DNA of 64,000 nucleotides from Camelus dromedarius (GCF_036321535.1 NC_087436.1:6014001-6078000), one strand, 5' to 3'. Shown: positions 12,001 through 25,290, counted from the first letter of the stretch. The notes: generated by a model from the sequence alone, not told the origin. Program-made: numbers and translations.

Positions 12001-12927
12001 TTTGCAAATAATGTGAACAACAAGGGGTTAATATCCAAAATATATAAACAGTTTATACAACTCAATATTGAGTAAACAAACAACCCAATCAAAAAATGAA
12101 CAGAAGACCTGAATAGACATTTTTCCAAGGAAGACATACAGATGGCTAGTAAGCATGTGAAAAGATACTCAACATTGCTAATTGTTAGAGAAATGAAAAT
12201 CAAAACACCAATAAGATATCAGTTTACACCTGTCGGAATCATTATCACCAGTCAACAAATAATAAATACTAGAGAGGGTGTGGTGAAAAGGGAACCTTTC
12301 TACACTGCTGGTGGGAATGCAGATTGGCGTAGTCACTGTGGAGAACAGTATGGAGGCTTCTTAGAAGACTATAAACAGAGCTATCATTTGGTCCAGCAAT
12401 CCCACTTCTGGGCATATATCCAAAGAAAACTAATTTGAAAAGACATATGCACCTCAACACTTATAGTGGCATTATTTACAATAGCTAAGATATGGAAGCA
12501 ACTCAAGTGCCCATTAACAGATAAATGGATAAAGAAGATGTGGTCTATATATAATGGAGTACTACTCAGCTTAGTGAATATTGTACTTGGTGAGTAAGTC
12601 AGAGAGAGAAAGACACTTACATGTGGAATCTAAAAAAAATAATTCAAATGAATGTGGATGCAAAACAGAAACAAACTCACAGACATGGGAAAGAAACTTT
12701 GGTTCCCAAAGGGGAGATGGAAGTGGGGTGGGATAAATTAGGAGCATGGGATTAACAGATACACAGCACTATACATAAAATAGGTAAGCAATGAGGTTAT
12801 ACTGTATAACACAGAGAATTATATCCATTATCTTGTAATAACTTATAATGGAATATAATCTGCAAAAATACTGAATCACTATGCTGTATACATGAAGATA
12901 ATTAAACCAACCACACATCACAAAAAA
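12001..12927 (+). mobile_element. Non-inverted 3' segment of the same L1 (ORF2 C-terminus and 3' UTR)
   Basis: ORF 12142-12438 ([31 protein letters not shown]) is L1 ORF2p C-terminal-like, followed by a cetartiodactyl-type 3' UTR. Confidence 0.92.
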
Positions 12928-14225
12928 TCGATAGCAAGAAGATCTCTTTAAGTCTTTTAAACAGATGTTCTTAGGATAACTGGATATTGTTATTGGGAGA
13001 AAAAAATGAATCTCGAGTCTCAGCTCATTTCAAACACAAAAATTAGATCAAGATTGATCTTAGACCTAGTAAAGATTCCAGAGGAAAACAGAATATTTTC
13101 ACAACATAAAGGAAGACAAAGTTTTAGATAGACAGAAACAGCAAAACAAATTCTGGGGGAAAAAATGAAACTGGTAATTTAGAAGTCTTTGAAACTGAAA
13201 AATGTCTGCCCTGTCCATCAAAAGACACCTGTGAAAAATGATATGTAATCCAAAAACTGAGAAAAATATTTACAGTACATACATCTAACCAAACACTTGT
13301 TCCCTGAACATGCATAAAGAACACTTACAGGGAAATAATTTAAAGATAAACAATTTCAAAATAAACAATGTGACAAACAGTGAGCAAAAGTCTTTAATAG
13401 TAACACTTTTTGAACGGATATTAAGTACATGAAAAGGTATTTAATATCATTACTTACCGGAGAAGTGCCAATTGTAACCACAATAAATCAACTGTGTGTG
13501 TGTGTGTGTATGTGTGTGTGTGTGTGTGTTTTAATGGAGTTACTGGGGATAGCTAAGCATGCTGTGTGCTAAGCACACAGCTCTACCACTGAGCTGCACC
13601 CTCCCCCCACATCGTAAGATGCAACTCCACAGCGACTAGAATGACTCAAATCAAACGGTCAAAAAGATTTTGGTCACAACCGTTGGTTAGAATGTAGACC
13701 AAGTGGTACTGTCACACATTTTTGTTGAGAGTAGGAAATAGTTCAGCTCCTTTGGAGAGCTGTTTGATGTTTATTTATAAAGTTGACCATACATCTAGGC
13801 CATGACCCAGGTAAGCAAGGGAGGTGTTCCATATAAACAGCAGGATAATATTTAGCAAGACAGAAAAAAAAAAAAAAAAGCACAACTTGCCGAGTGAAAA
13901 ACCTAGAAACCAGAGAGCTTACTCTATGATTTTATTTATATGACATTTTAAAGGTGTGAAAGTTATTCTCTAATAAAAATATTAATAAATATTTATTGTA
14001 TTCATTTATAAATAAATTAAAAAATTAATAGCAAAGAGAAAACAATTAGTTAATGATTGAAGAGGCATTGGAGACTAGAATTGACTCGAAAGAAGTGTTA
14101 GGAGACTCCCTGTAGGGGCAGAAATGTTCTTAATCTTGAAATAAGAGGGGTTTATGGGATACACACCATGGTCAGAGCCCGTAGTGCTAACCAGTTAAGA
14201 TTTGCACATTAAGGTAGATGCAAAT
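12928..14225 (+). mobile_element. Old L1 ORF2 3' part and 3' UTR (interrupted by a SINE, ends at an LTR)
   Basis: 'ggataactggatattg', 'aaacacaaaaattagatcaagattgatcttagacct', 'gagaaaaatatttacagtacatacatctaacc', 'ttaagatttgcacatt'. Confidence 0.8.
13494..13608 (-). mobile_element. Camelid-type tRNA SINE with (TG)n tail and rearranged B-box region
   Basis: (TG)n at 13494-13529, then 'aatggagttactggggat...ctctaccactgagctgcaccctcccccc'. Confidence 0.85.
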
Positions 14226-14732
14226 TGCCAACCAAAAACTGGCACTTGTCATCTGCCTCTACAAGGACTGGATCACGTTGGCACTTGCCATCTACCTCTG
14301 TTTGGATTAAATCGTCAGCCGCTGCAGCCGCTGACCTCCAACACTCCCTGAAAGGAGCTCAGGGTGGCGATCAGCAGTGGGGCGCTCTGTGCTCTGGGCA
14401 AACTGGCAGATCAGGCCATCAGATAGTTAGATATTTTCAGGAGATTTTATGACCCCAGTTCTTGCATCTCCTCCTATCTAGAAAAGCACTAACATCATTA
14501 AGGGAGACATCTGCTCCTCATGGCTAGCAGCAGCCTCTGCCTAAGTGTGTGCTTGACTGCACGTCCCCTCTTTCACTGAAATCATATATAATAACTGAGC
14601 TTTTCCCCTGCCTCTTTGGGACAGTTTCTCAGAGCTTTCTGGGATGCTGTCTCCTGGGCTATAGTCCTCATTTTGCTCCAAATAAACCTTAACCCACAAT
14701 TCTCATGTTGTGTGATTTTATTTCAATCGACA
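14226..14732 (+). mobile_element. ERV1-type solo LTR
   Basis: TG...CA termini, TATA-like 'catatataa', 'ctgtctcctgggctatagtcctca...aataaa' R region, and 4-bp flanks aaat/atat. It interrupts an L1 3' UTR. Confidence 0.85.
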
Positions 14733-17564
14733 ATATCAAAATTAAGTAGAGAATTTTAAACATTTCATGTGAAGTTTAAATGGGGTTATTTACAGAGCTC
14801 AGAATATGTCCAAAACTTTGCAGAAGTGACATTAAGTCCAACTAATGCAACAAACCTGCACTTTTGGATTACAGCACATTTTGGTTGTAGCTTTATCATA
14901 CGTGACACTTAGAAATGCCCCCTAAATATTTGCAAGGGACTTCTGTTGAAAAGAGCATGAATGGTATGAATGAGACTTAGGGAGCCCATGAGAAAGAAGG
15001 TTGTAATATTATGATTACAAAAGCAACTGATGATGCCTTTTAGAAATAAAAAAGAAAGCAGTCTCCCATAAGAAACATTCACAATAAAAATCATTGTATT
15101 TCTCAAGCATAAGCTTCCCTTGAGATATTTAAAACAATCACAGTAAAGGGATATTTATATTTTTGTATAACAACAATCACACAACTTACTTTTCGTGTGG
15201 GAACTTGCATTCTTAGGTATATCACAGAATATCATTTTTTGGTTGATTTATTACCAGCCTTCGAGATTGAATGTTTACAAAGAAAATGCTGACACAGTCT
15301 CGCTTCTGGCAGTCAGGCTGCTGCATTATAGTTACATAAGGATTTAATGATATTAGCTGAAGCTGAACAGAAAGACAAATAGAGAGACTTTATTTCTAAA
15401 TGCAAAAACTACAGCATTTTTTAGTAATATGCCCAGTTGTTTAAAATCAGCATAACAACATAGAATTGTTATCCAACTGGGGCACGAATTTGAAAGTGAC
15501 AAACTTTTAAAACTCTAGAAATAACCAGTGCTTTGCACCAGGATGCAGATTTTTAATGAGTTTGCTTCTCCTCGGCCCCATCGGGGCTGGACTTGTTAAA
15601 TAAGAGACCAATGAGTCGCTCTCCAGAGGGATAAAAATAGAATAAAACTGACAAGCATAATCGGCAGGCAAATTAGCTCAGCAGCAGGTAGCAGTAAAAA
15701 AAAAAGTCTTAATTGTCAAGTGTGCAGAAAAATAATAGAAACTGAAGTGGGAGTAGTTTATGGATCAAAATGGCTCGGCTCACTAACACAATGAGAGTTC
15801 ATATCAAATGAAGTGGAAATTACCCAGGTTCATTTTTTTTTTTTTTACCTTTTAATAAAAATAAATGTCTTTAGAAAATATAATTAATCATGAATCAATT
15901 CTAACTCCTTCTTCTTCTTAGCATTAATTTAAGGGAAATTGCTCCTTATCAGAAAGAAAAAGAGTGAGGAGCCTCTTAGAATGATCATGTTAGGCATTAA
16001 TATTTCACACATTTTAAAGAAAAATAACGAAAAACATTATTATGTGAACTGGACATAGGGAAAGGATTTAAATTAATCATACATGATTTTTTAAAAAATT
16101 GTTTTGACGTTAAACCTCTTTATGGGCCCCTGAAACAGTAGGGCGCCACTCAGCTTGGAAGAGGGGAAAGTTGTGTTCTTGTTTTATAGTTTTCTCGCAG
16201 GGAAGACGTTCTTTTCAGCAACTTATTTTTCAAACACAAAGGCATTTCAAGAGTAGTTCAATTGTACAGAAATGAGGGCTCTCCCACATGGTGTTATGGG
16301 CACCTTGATTATCTTTCTCTAAAGTACTTTTGAGATTTCAAAAAGGGTAAGAAGTAGCCAAAGCTCAGATACGTTCATTTTTACGTTGCTGCTTTTGTTT
16401 TATCCAATGACACAAATATGCTCAAACGTCATCTCATTTCAAACTTCCTAAGTCGTATCAAAACTATACCACTACAAAAATCAATGTGTGCAGTGAGCAT
16501 TTTTTATAAAAGTAAACAAACCCTCTGCAGTGATACGTAATTTTCTTTATCTATCAATATCTATGCCTTTGAAAAATCCCAGCTTACTGTTCTAATCCAG
16601 TAGAAAGCTGGCAATGTTGTTGTCTACAAAGTGGAAGTTTAACAAAACATCAAAAAGAAACCACATTGATTTTTCTATGAAAATATGTCATCAATATACC
16701 AATTGTCTATTTCTATGAAAACCTTGTTTATTGAAAATTTTTATTGTGTTTCACATTTATTAATGTAACAAATATTTAACTTAACTAGTGTATACCCCAG
16801 ATTGTTGATGGAGTAAAGCCTCTGCCCCACCAGAGCTCACGGGTGAGTCATGGAGACAGGAGAAGAGATGTCGACCAAACACTTGAGCATCACCAGAAAC
16901 GAAGAGGTCAGACATGGCACTGGAGGAGGGGGTTCCAGCATGCTAGACCAGGCCAGCTTTGCTTTTTTTCTCTTTATTCTTTTTTTTTTTTTTTTCCTAG
17001 AAAAGAAAGGAATTTCCTGATTAGACTGGAAAGGGAGAGGGAGGTGGGGAAGAGGGATATTCCAGGTGGTGTCACCAGCATGTCTGTAAACAAAACAGGC
17101 ACAGAGGAGTCTGACACAGGCACACGGTGGTGAGCAGTGCCTCGGGAAAGGCTGCGCCATGGTACCAGGGCAGTGGAGAGGCGCCAACAGGGTCTCGTGT
17201 ACCGTAGTGAAGATGCTGAATTCTAACTTGAAACATGTAGGAAGGACCGCTGATCAGAGGTGAATCAGAGGAGAATGGTGCAGTGGGATAAGAAGGGAGA
17301 GTGAGTGAGTGGTCAACAGAATCAAATCTTACACAGAGGACAAGGGAAAACAGAACTGAGAGTCTTCTTGTTTTTTGGGTTTTTTATTTGAAATTAGGTA
17401 ATCATTGGACTTCTCTTTCATGACTAGAAAGTGCACTAGACACAGGCTGGTCACTTCCACTCTGAATTCAACCCGAGTGATGTCAGAGAAAGAAAACGGG
17501 GAGTAATGAACCATAGGTCTCTCTAACTCTCACTCTGTCTCTCCTACGTTCACATACATAATAG

Positions 17565-17567
17565 GCA

Positions 17568-17611
<44 letters not shown>
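17565..17611 (+). repeat. (CG)n(CA)n alternating purine-pyrimidine microsatellite
   Basis: gcatgcgcgcgcgcacacac...acg. Confidence 0.97.
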
Positions 17612-17612
<1 letters not shown>

Positions 17613-18802
17613 CAGAAAACTCTTGGGGAGGCAGAACATGGTGGTTTTGCCGTTGTGTTTGGGATGAGCAGACAGGGCACCAGAAGTGGAAGAAAGTCAG
17701 GCACGTTGGAAAAGGAATGGTTAGGGAAAGGTTCCGAAGTCCTGTATTTTTCCAGTCAGATCACTGTCTGTCCTGAGCCAGTGGACCTTAAAACAAAATG
17801 GCACCTGAGCTTTCCTTCTGGCCCCACTCGTTCCCCAGCGGGTTAGATTATTTCAAAGAGGCAAAGGCGTGGGGAGGGGTGAAACCATCTGGCCTGTGTG
17901 TCTCTGTGTGTGTGGTGGTTGGGAAGCAGGAGGGAAGACAAACAAGAGACACAGGAGAAAATAGTAACACCAGAAGCCATGTGTAATGAAGAGCACCTAT
18001 CACAGCCCTGTTCCTGCTCCTTAAGGCTGTCTGGAGACTGACTTTTAAACCTCACCCCCTCTACAGTAACAACATGAAAGTTGTTAGCCTCAAGGATATT
18101 CTGTTTACATGCACATTTCCTGGGATTTCCCAGACGATTTAAATAATCTAAAGAATGAGTCCCTCCCGCAGTCTCTGCCACATCACCTGACATTATTTTC
18201 CGCTCAGTCCCTTTAACTCTCTGAAAATCAGCCATTAATTGATTCTCTTGTTTGTTGACCATATGGTTCCCTCTCCCACACTTCACTGCCACACAGCAGC
18301 TGGAGCCTCCCGTGCGCTGTTTAACAGTGCAGTCCCGGAGTCCAGACACAGTAAGACCTCACTGAGAATTTTAAAGGAATTTATGCATTAACGGGATGCA
18401 GAGTCTTTGGAAGATGTTGGAGAATGACCTGGAGGGCAACAGATGACAAAAATGGGAGAGACTGGAAGGTGACAGGGCTGGTTATCATTAATTATAAAGA
18501 CCAGAGAACTTTACATTGACTGAGATTAAAACTGACTATCTTAGTTCCATTAAAGTTACAATAGCAGATGCCAGCCCTAGAAATAGGAGTAGCAATAAGG
18601 CAAGTAGGTAAAATAGCTTTTTTCTAAGAGGTTGAGTATTGGAATATTTACGGGAAATGCAAAATAATAAGGGAAAATTGACAAGAGTGAGTAAAGGGAC
18701 CAGTGCTCGGAAAATGGTGGCTAAGAAAGTTTAGAAATGTAAATGAAAGGCCTGCACAGGAGTGGAGAAGCTTGCATTTTGATTGAAGCTTAAGGATGAC
18801 AA

Positions 18803-20850
18803 GAATCATTCATTTAATATGAAAGAAATTCTTACTGAGCACCTAGGAACAACAGATTCAGTTAAAAGCAAAACTGGATATAGTTTCAACTGTTATGGCC
18901 CTGTCAGTCCAGGGGGATGGGGAAATTATTCCAGGATCACATTAATAAATGTATGAGTACAAACTGGGATAAGGCACCACACCAAATGAGGGGGAAAACA
19001 CCAAAGTACCAAAACACATTGTTCTATGAAAGTGTAATGAGGAAGATATTTGGACCTCAGAGTGAAGGGCAAGGAGGAGTTACCTACGAGAAAGACGGCA
19101 ACAGTAGGAGAAAACAGTGTGCTCAGAAATGCTGTTGGGATTATAGAGAAAAGTTGATGTTTTAGCATCCCAGACATTGAAAGATGGCCAATATGACTGG
19201 AGCCAAGAGAATGAGTAGGTAGAACCATATGAGCTAAAACCTCAAGAATAAACAAGGACCAGGTCTGCAGAGATGTTTTGTTTCATTTTAACTATATTTA
19301 AAATTGGAGGGGTTTTACCCTATAGCGAAGAGTGATTCAAGAGTCTTATAGTCAAAGGAGGCAAAGATGTGTGTTTTGAAAATGTGCCCTGGTGAAAATG
19401 TGCAAAAGAATTGGGAGGAGGGACACAGTGGCACCTGTCATAGTAGTCATCCACGAGATGGAGGGTGGAGCTTGGACTAGGATGCAGTCAGTTGGTAGAA
19501 ATATAGAAAGTGTGTATCCAGAGAAAACTCTAATTTGAAAAGATACATGCACCCCAATATTCATGGCAGCACTGTTTACAGTAGCTAACATGGAAACCAC
19601 CTAAGTGTCCATCAACAGATGACTGGATATATATATATAATGAAGTATTACTCAGCCATGAAAAAGAATTAAATCATGCCATTTGCAGCAACATGGATGG
19701 ACCTAGAAATGATCACACTAAGTGAACTAAGTCAGACTGAGAAGGACAAATATCATATGATATCACTGATGAAAAAAATGACACAAAGGAACTGATTTGC
19801 AAAGCAGAAACAGGCTCACAGACATAGAAAACAAAGTTATGGTTACCAAAGAGGAAAGGAGGGGAGGGATAAATTAGAAGTTTGGAATTTTATACACATT
19901 ACTATATATAAAATAGTAAACAACAAGTTCCTCCTGTACAGCACAGGGAACTATATTCAATATCTTGTAATAACCTAAAATGAAGAATATGAAAAAGAAT
20001 ATATATGTGTATAACTGAACCTGTACACCAGAAACTAACACAACATTGTAAGTCAACAATAGTCAATAAAAAAAGAAAATGGCCAATTCAAAAAAATATT
20101 TAGGAGAGAAATATTCACAGGATTTGGTGATGATTTGGCACAGGACAGGTGTGAGGAGATGGGACAAGTTTATGCACCAACAATAATTCTTGTTCTTGAC
20201 ATGCCTAATGGATGGCTTCTACTGTGATCATCCGAGGTAGAAATACACAGTCAAGGACCAGATACTGGTGAGAGAAGATTATGAGTTTGGTCACAGACAT
20301 GCTGAGTTTGGCATACGTTCAAAGCATCTGTGTGGAGATGCTGCTCTCCTCACTGAAGTCTTAGGTGAGGAGGGGCCACAGGGAGAAAAGAGTAGAGAGC
20401 TTAGAACACAGCCTTGGGAAATTCCAATATTTGATCACCAGATTTGATGACCATCCAATTACCAGAAATTCCAACGTTTGGTTACTGTCAAAGGAGACAA
20501 AGCAGCCATTTGGCTGGAAGGAAAATCAGAGAATATAGTGTTGGAAGTAAACAAAGAGATTTTCAATAATGATGAGTAGTCAAGAGTGTCCCAAGCCACT
20601 GGGAGGTCAGTTGAAATAAGCTCTGGAAAATGTTTTTTGCATTCATCCTCTTGAAAGTAAGTAGCGCTATTAGAAGTCATAACGAAGAGGACTGAGGAGA
20701 CAGCAGGATACAGGGAAATAGAAGCTGTCCACCCTGAATGATCTGGGGATTTGGGACATGAGAAAGAGAGAAACAGAATGTAGTTGGAATGAAAGACTTT
20801 TTCAAGATTGAGAAACCTGAGAAAAATCCAAATAAGAGGCAGAAAAGGAA
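18803..20850 (-). mobile_element. L2 LINE remnant, split by an L1 insertion
   Basis: Begins 'aatcattcatttaat...ttactgagcacctag'. L2-like 'gtagtcatccacgagatggagggtggagcttggactagg' and 'gagtttggtcacagacatgctgagtttggcat'. Confidence 0.75.
19511..20075 (+). mobile_element. 5'-truncated cetartiodactyl-type L1 3' end
   Basis: 'atccagagaaaactctaatttgaaaagatacatgcacccca...gccatttgcagcaacatggatggacctaga...aactaacacaacattgtaagtcaac' plus A-tail. Confidence 0.92.
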
Positions 20851-22199
20851 AACCTGGGGAAGGGGTAGAAAATCATTATTGAGAGGGGCGTGAGAAGTGA
20901 GAAGGGGGGGGACACTCGCTATGTATGGATGGGATGCTTTTCTCATACAGATCTGAGTGTTTAAGGCTCATGGAAGGTTGGCTGGCAGGAAGTTTAGAAA
21001 AGTTATGTCAAATAAAAGCCCAGATCAACTGCCCGGAATGAGCAAAGAGGTGTGTGCAGACACGGGGACCTCATGGTAGCCTGGTGTTCTATAAACTACT
21101 GCTTCTGAAACAGGAACAGATCCTTCCTGACTCCCCGTAGCGCAGCAGACCGCAGGATGTAGGAGGAACACGCCGAACATTCCACCCGAATTTAACACAC
21201 ACACAACATCTCGAGAAAAAATAACAAGTTACAAGCATGGCTGCTATCATCCAGATTTAGGAAGAGAAAAACGCAACCCAGCAACCCTCTAGATCCATAT
21301 TTATGCTAATGTACACACTTTATGCAACACAATTTCCCAGCCTCAAGCAGCTGCATAATAAAATGCGTCCAACAAAATTTCCCGGACCCCTGTGGGCAGA
21401 AGAAAATATATTAATTTGATCAATAAAATTCTGTAAAAGTTTGGTTTTTCAAAATTTGAAATGATTTGGGCATTTGAGATAATTTAATCTTATTTATATC
21501 TGTTTAACCTAACATATTGATCATTTTTTCATAGCGTAAATGTGATGCCAGCTTCATTTGTAGCTGCGTGTACAGGTGGTAAGTTGCAACTGGGCATATT
21601 TTTTTTTTAAAAAGACAGTAAATATCTATCCAAACAGAAATATGACTGACTACTGTGCCCTGTTCGGCTAGGTTATCACCAGAGTAAAACAAAGAAGTTT
21701 TGAGAGATGTAATAAAATGTTCCAAAAGATTTTAAAAACAACGGAGAGATAAAAAAATAAAATAAAGGACACATTTCACCAATTTGGGAATAAAGTATAA
21801 TGTTAATGGATGACGACCCACAGGAAATAAAAAACCTTACATTCGCTTTGGTTCCTTTAAGCAAATGTTAAACATCTTTCAAATCAGAGAAGTGGAATAA
21901 ACAACATATGGAGGGGCATGTTGTCCAGGAGAGACAATGGGACTGTCGGTGAGCACCTGGCTAGTCCAAGGGAATTAAAACCTGATTCCAGATGGAAAAC
22001 ACCTGGAGGCAGGGAGGGCAAACATTTTTGTTGCTATTATTTTCATCCTCACGACACTTCCCTGAGAAAGGCGAAGTCGGAACATCTCCCCCTTTGCACC
22101 TCCCATTGTGGGTCCCTACCTGTCCCTCATTGCACTGCTCCCAGAAAGAACCACAGGCTCTCAGTGCTGGCAAAGTTCCTGAAGATTGCTTTTATGAAT

Positions 22200-22310
22200 G
22201 CTCCTCTTTTACAGACAATGCAGCTGACATCCCGAGAGATAAGGAATTTGCTCAAGGGCACTAGCTGATGTGAGTCGGAGTCGTTGAAGAGCCCAGATGT
22301 CCCGACATTA
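22200..22310 (-). mobile_element. MIR core fragment
   Basis: 'cctcttttacagacaatgcagctgac...gagagataaggaatttgctcaagggcac'. Confidence 0.65.
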
Positions 22311-22646
22311 AATGAAGACATGTCACTGCCACTTGGTATTGATTTATGAAAATTATCCTGATCATGAGAAACCAAGGTACTCCACTCCCGGCCCTCAATT
22401 TCTGTGACATCCTGAGATCCTATCAGGGCAGTCGCTCCCCCGTAAAACTGAAGACCAGCATCAGTTGCCGTAGTTAATGCTGATCCTAGGTAAGCATTTA
22501 GATTAGGTCAGTAAACATGTAACATAAAAACTAAATCACATTTTATGTGATGAAGGAGAAGTTTTACTTCAAGAAATCACTATCATCATTTTCTTTACAT
22601 AAAACCAACCAAACTTGACTTCAAATTTGCTAAGGATATTAATTAC

Positions 22647-23263
22647 TGCATTAATTTTCTATTGTTGCTAAGCAGATTACAGAGATTATTTGGCTTCAAA
22701 CAACACGCACTGATTTTCTCACAATCCTGTAGGTTAGGGTATGGTTCCTCTGCTTCGAGCTGGACTTCGCCGGGCTGGACTCAAAGTGTTTTCCTGCTGG
22801 ATTCTCAGAGAGAAGCTCTGTAGGAGAATCTGTCCCTGGCTCCTTCAGATTGTTGGCAAGGTCCAGTTCTTGCAGCTGTAGGACTGAGGTCCCTCATTTC
22901 CTCCTGACTTTCCTCTAGACGCCTCCCTCAGCTCCTAGAGGAAGCTTCTCCCCCATCCTTACAAGTAAGCCTCTACCTCTCAGAGCCAGCAATAGAGTGT
23001 CAAACCCTTTTTATGCTGAGAACCCCCTTCTGCTGTATCTCCCTTCTGCCTCCTTCTGCCTGCTGAGCAGTGTCCTCTGCTTTTAAAGGCTCATGTGATC
23101 AGACTGAGCCCACACCAATCATCCAGGATAATTTCCCTGCTCTAAGGTACACAGCCGTAATTACGTCTTCAAAGTCAATTTTGCTGTGGAAGTTAACATG
23201 TTCACAGGTACCAAGAGTTAGTGCGCCGACATCCTTTGGAGGACCATTATTCTGCCTGCCACA
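22647..23263 (-). mobile_element. MLT1 (MaLR, MLT1D/E-like) solo LTR
   Basis: 'tgcattaattttctattgttgc...ccagttcttgcagctgtaggactgaggtccc...ttttaaaggctcatgtgat...ccattattctgcctgccaca'. Confidence 0.88.
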
Positions 23264-25094
23264 ATAGTCCTAGCCCTTCCAAAGCTCCACTGTGCTGGAA
23301 GGTCATACGCGCTGGAGCCTGAGGTCTGGTTCCCAGCCTCTTCCCAGCCCACCTGCAGCTTCTGCCTCTCCAGTTCTCACCTGTGGACTTTTGCTCATTC
23401 TAGAGATTAGTTAGTCACAAGGAGACTGTGGGAACATGTTGTGACTCTCCTAACACATACGTCTGGATAAAACAGTGAACAATCGCACTACCGTAAGGCG
23501 AAACTAAGACTCATTGTGCAACCAACCCCAGTAAGCGTTGGTGACTGACACCTGGTCAGCACGTAGAGAGGTCTGGGAAAGCATCACAGATCTTGGACTT
23601 CTGGGCCGGCGCAGAGAAGAGTCAGAAGGCACCCAAGACACGCCCCTCACATTTGCACCTGACCCAAAATTGGTCACAAAATACTAGGGAGAACCATCCA
23701 GATTCCAGCTTACCTCAACGGGCTTGACTCCTGAACAGAGACCAAATTAAAGTCATCAAGAATGAATATTTATACATAACGCCACTCTAATAATACAGGA
23801 TGGAGAAGATATGATAACAAAACTCATGAAAGGCTTCAGAAGGTTGTAGTCAGCTCCATATTTTAAACCAAAAAGCCTTCAAAAGTGGTTTCCCATAAAA
23901 ATCTGTAATGGCGCCTCCATAATATATTTCTCTTTAAACGAAACCAAAAGAGAGAAAGAGAGAGAAGGAGAAACACGTTACATTATATGTCCAGAGGGGC
24001 AGAGGTGATGAACTCAGAGAATTTGCTTTTCTAAGAGGTGTGTTATATGTCTTATAATAATTACAGAGAATTGAGAGGAGAGCTTTCTTCACACTCTCTA
24101 TAATTACCAGTACTTGAAGCAAATTAGAATGAATCCAACTGTTTCTTACCTTGTCAAAGGCAATATTGAAGACAGAAATAATTAATTTTCAAATGGCATA
24201 GATTTCAACAGCTTTCATGTGGGATGAAGGCAAATTATATTAAAAAAAAAAGTGCTGTAATTTATCTAACAGAAATGCCACTTTTCACGACATTTTGGAG
24301 ATTAACTCTATACATGGTTGTAATTTTATATTACTTTCTTTGCTTCTGTGAGCTGCAAATATGAACGACAAATCAATATGTAAACACACACAAAAATCTA
24401 TAGTTAAAAAGCTTTCCTTTAGTTAACATTTTCCATGGCAGGTATGACCTACTTTAAAAAATAGTTGCTCACCATAGAAAATCCATATTTATAAAAATGC
24501 ATTAAACAGTGATTGTTTAGATGATGAGATCTTTTTTTTTCACTTGCTTTACAAAGTGATGCTCAAGAAAATGTTGCTACATATGCAGTTCTCCAGCGAT
24601 TGGCAAGTATAATGTGGCTTATTTAAATTTAATTTATTCCATTTTACGGCAAAAATCTTCTTTTTAAACTGATGTTTAATCTCTTTGGGCTCACTGTTCA
24701 AGGACAGTATTTCTACATAATGGAAAATCTGACTAATTGCTTTTAGAAATGTGTATTTACATTTAACTCCAGAAGTATTTGAAAAATCATTCACTATTTG
24801 GGTTTTCTCTTCCTACAATTGTGGTTCAGGAAACTGACAAACTATGCCTTTTCTGATATTCGATCATTTCTCTTGGCTGTTTCTCCCTGATGATTGTTCA
24901 GAAGTTCTGCTGTTGTCTTTAAATCTCAGACTCCACCCTCCCCCCCACCCCCCCCGTGTTTCTCCTCATTCCCATCCATTCTTCTTCTTTCTCTGGAGTC
25001 TCTGAAGGAGAAGTGTCCCTCTTCCCAAATATTCATTAACCTCCTTCATTCTCTTTATTCCTAAACATTGTTCACAAACGCAAGAGCAGGGAAA

Positions 25095-25290
25095 GGAAAA
25101 GCCAGGCAAATCCACATCAAATTCTTGTCTACTCTATTTATTAGTTGCCTTAAAATGTGCAATTTGTGCAAGGATTTTAAATACCCAGTTCCACATTAGT
25201 TAATGGGAATATTAACACTTACCTTGCAGGGTCTCTGGAAGGGACAATAGGAACGTCTATACGTGCTGGCAGAAGGTGGCCACCGAGTAA
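25095..25290 (+). mobile_element. MIR fragment
   Basis: 'caaattcttgtctactct...aatgggaatattaacacttaccttgcaggg'. Confidence 0.6.

Noticed and set aside
16135..16148. CTCF-like 'acagtagggcgcca' (and similar at ~6422 and ~14372)
   Set aside because: Core spacing deviates from the CTCF consensus, so it is not supportable without a matrix scan.
17843..18349. Longest ORF in the window (168 aa, minus strand)
   Set aside because: Non-ATG start, no recognisable domain, no splice context. The length is compatible with chance in 64 kb.
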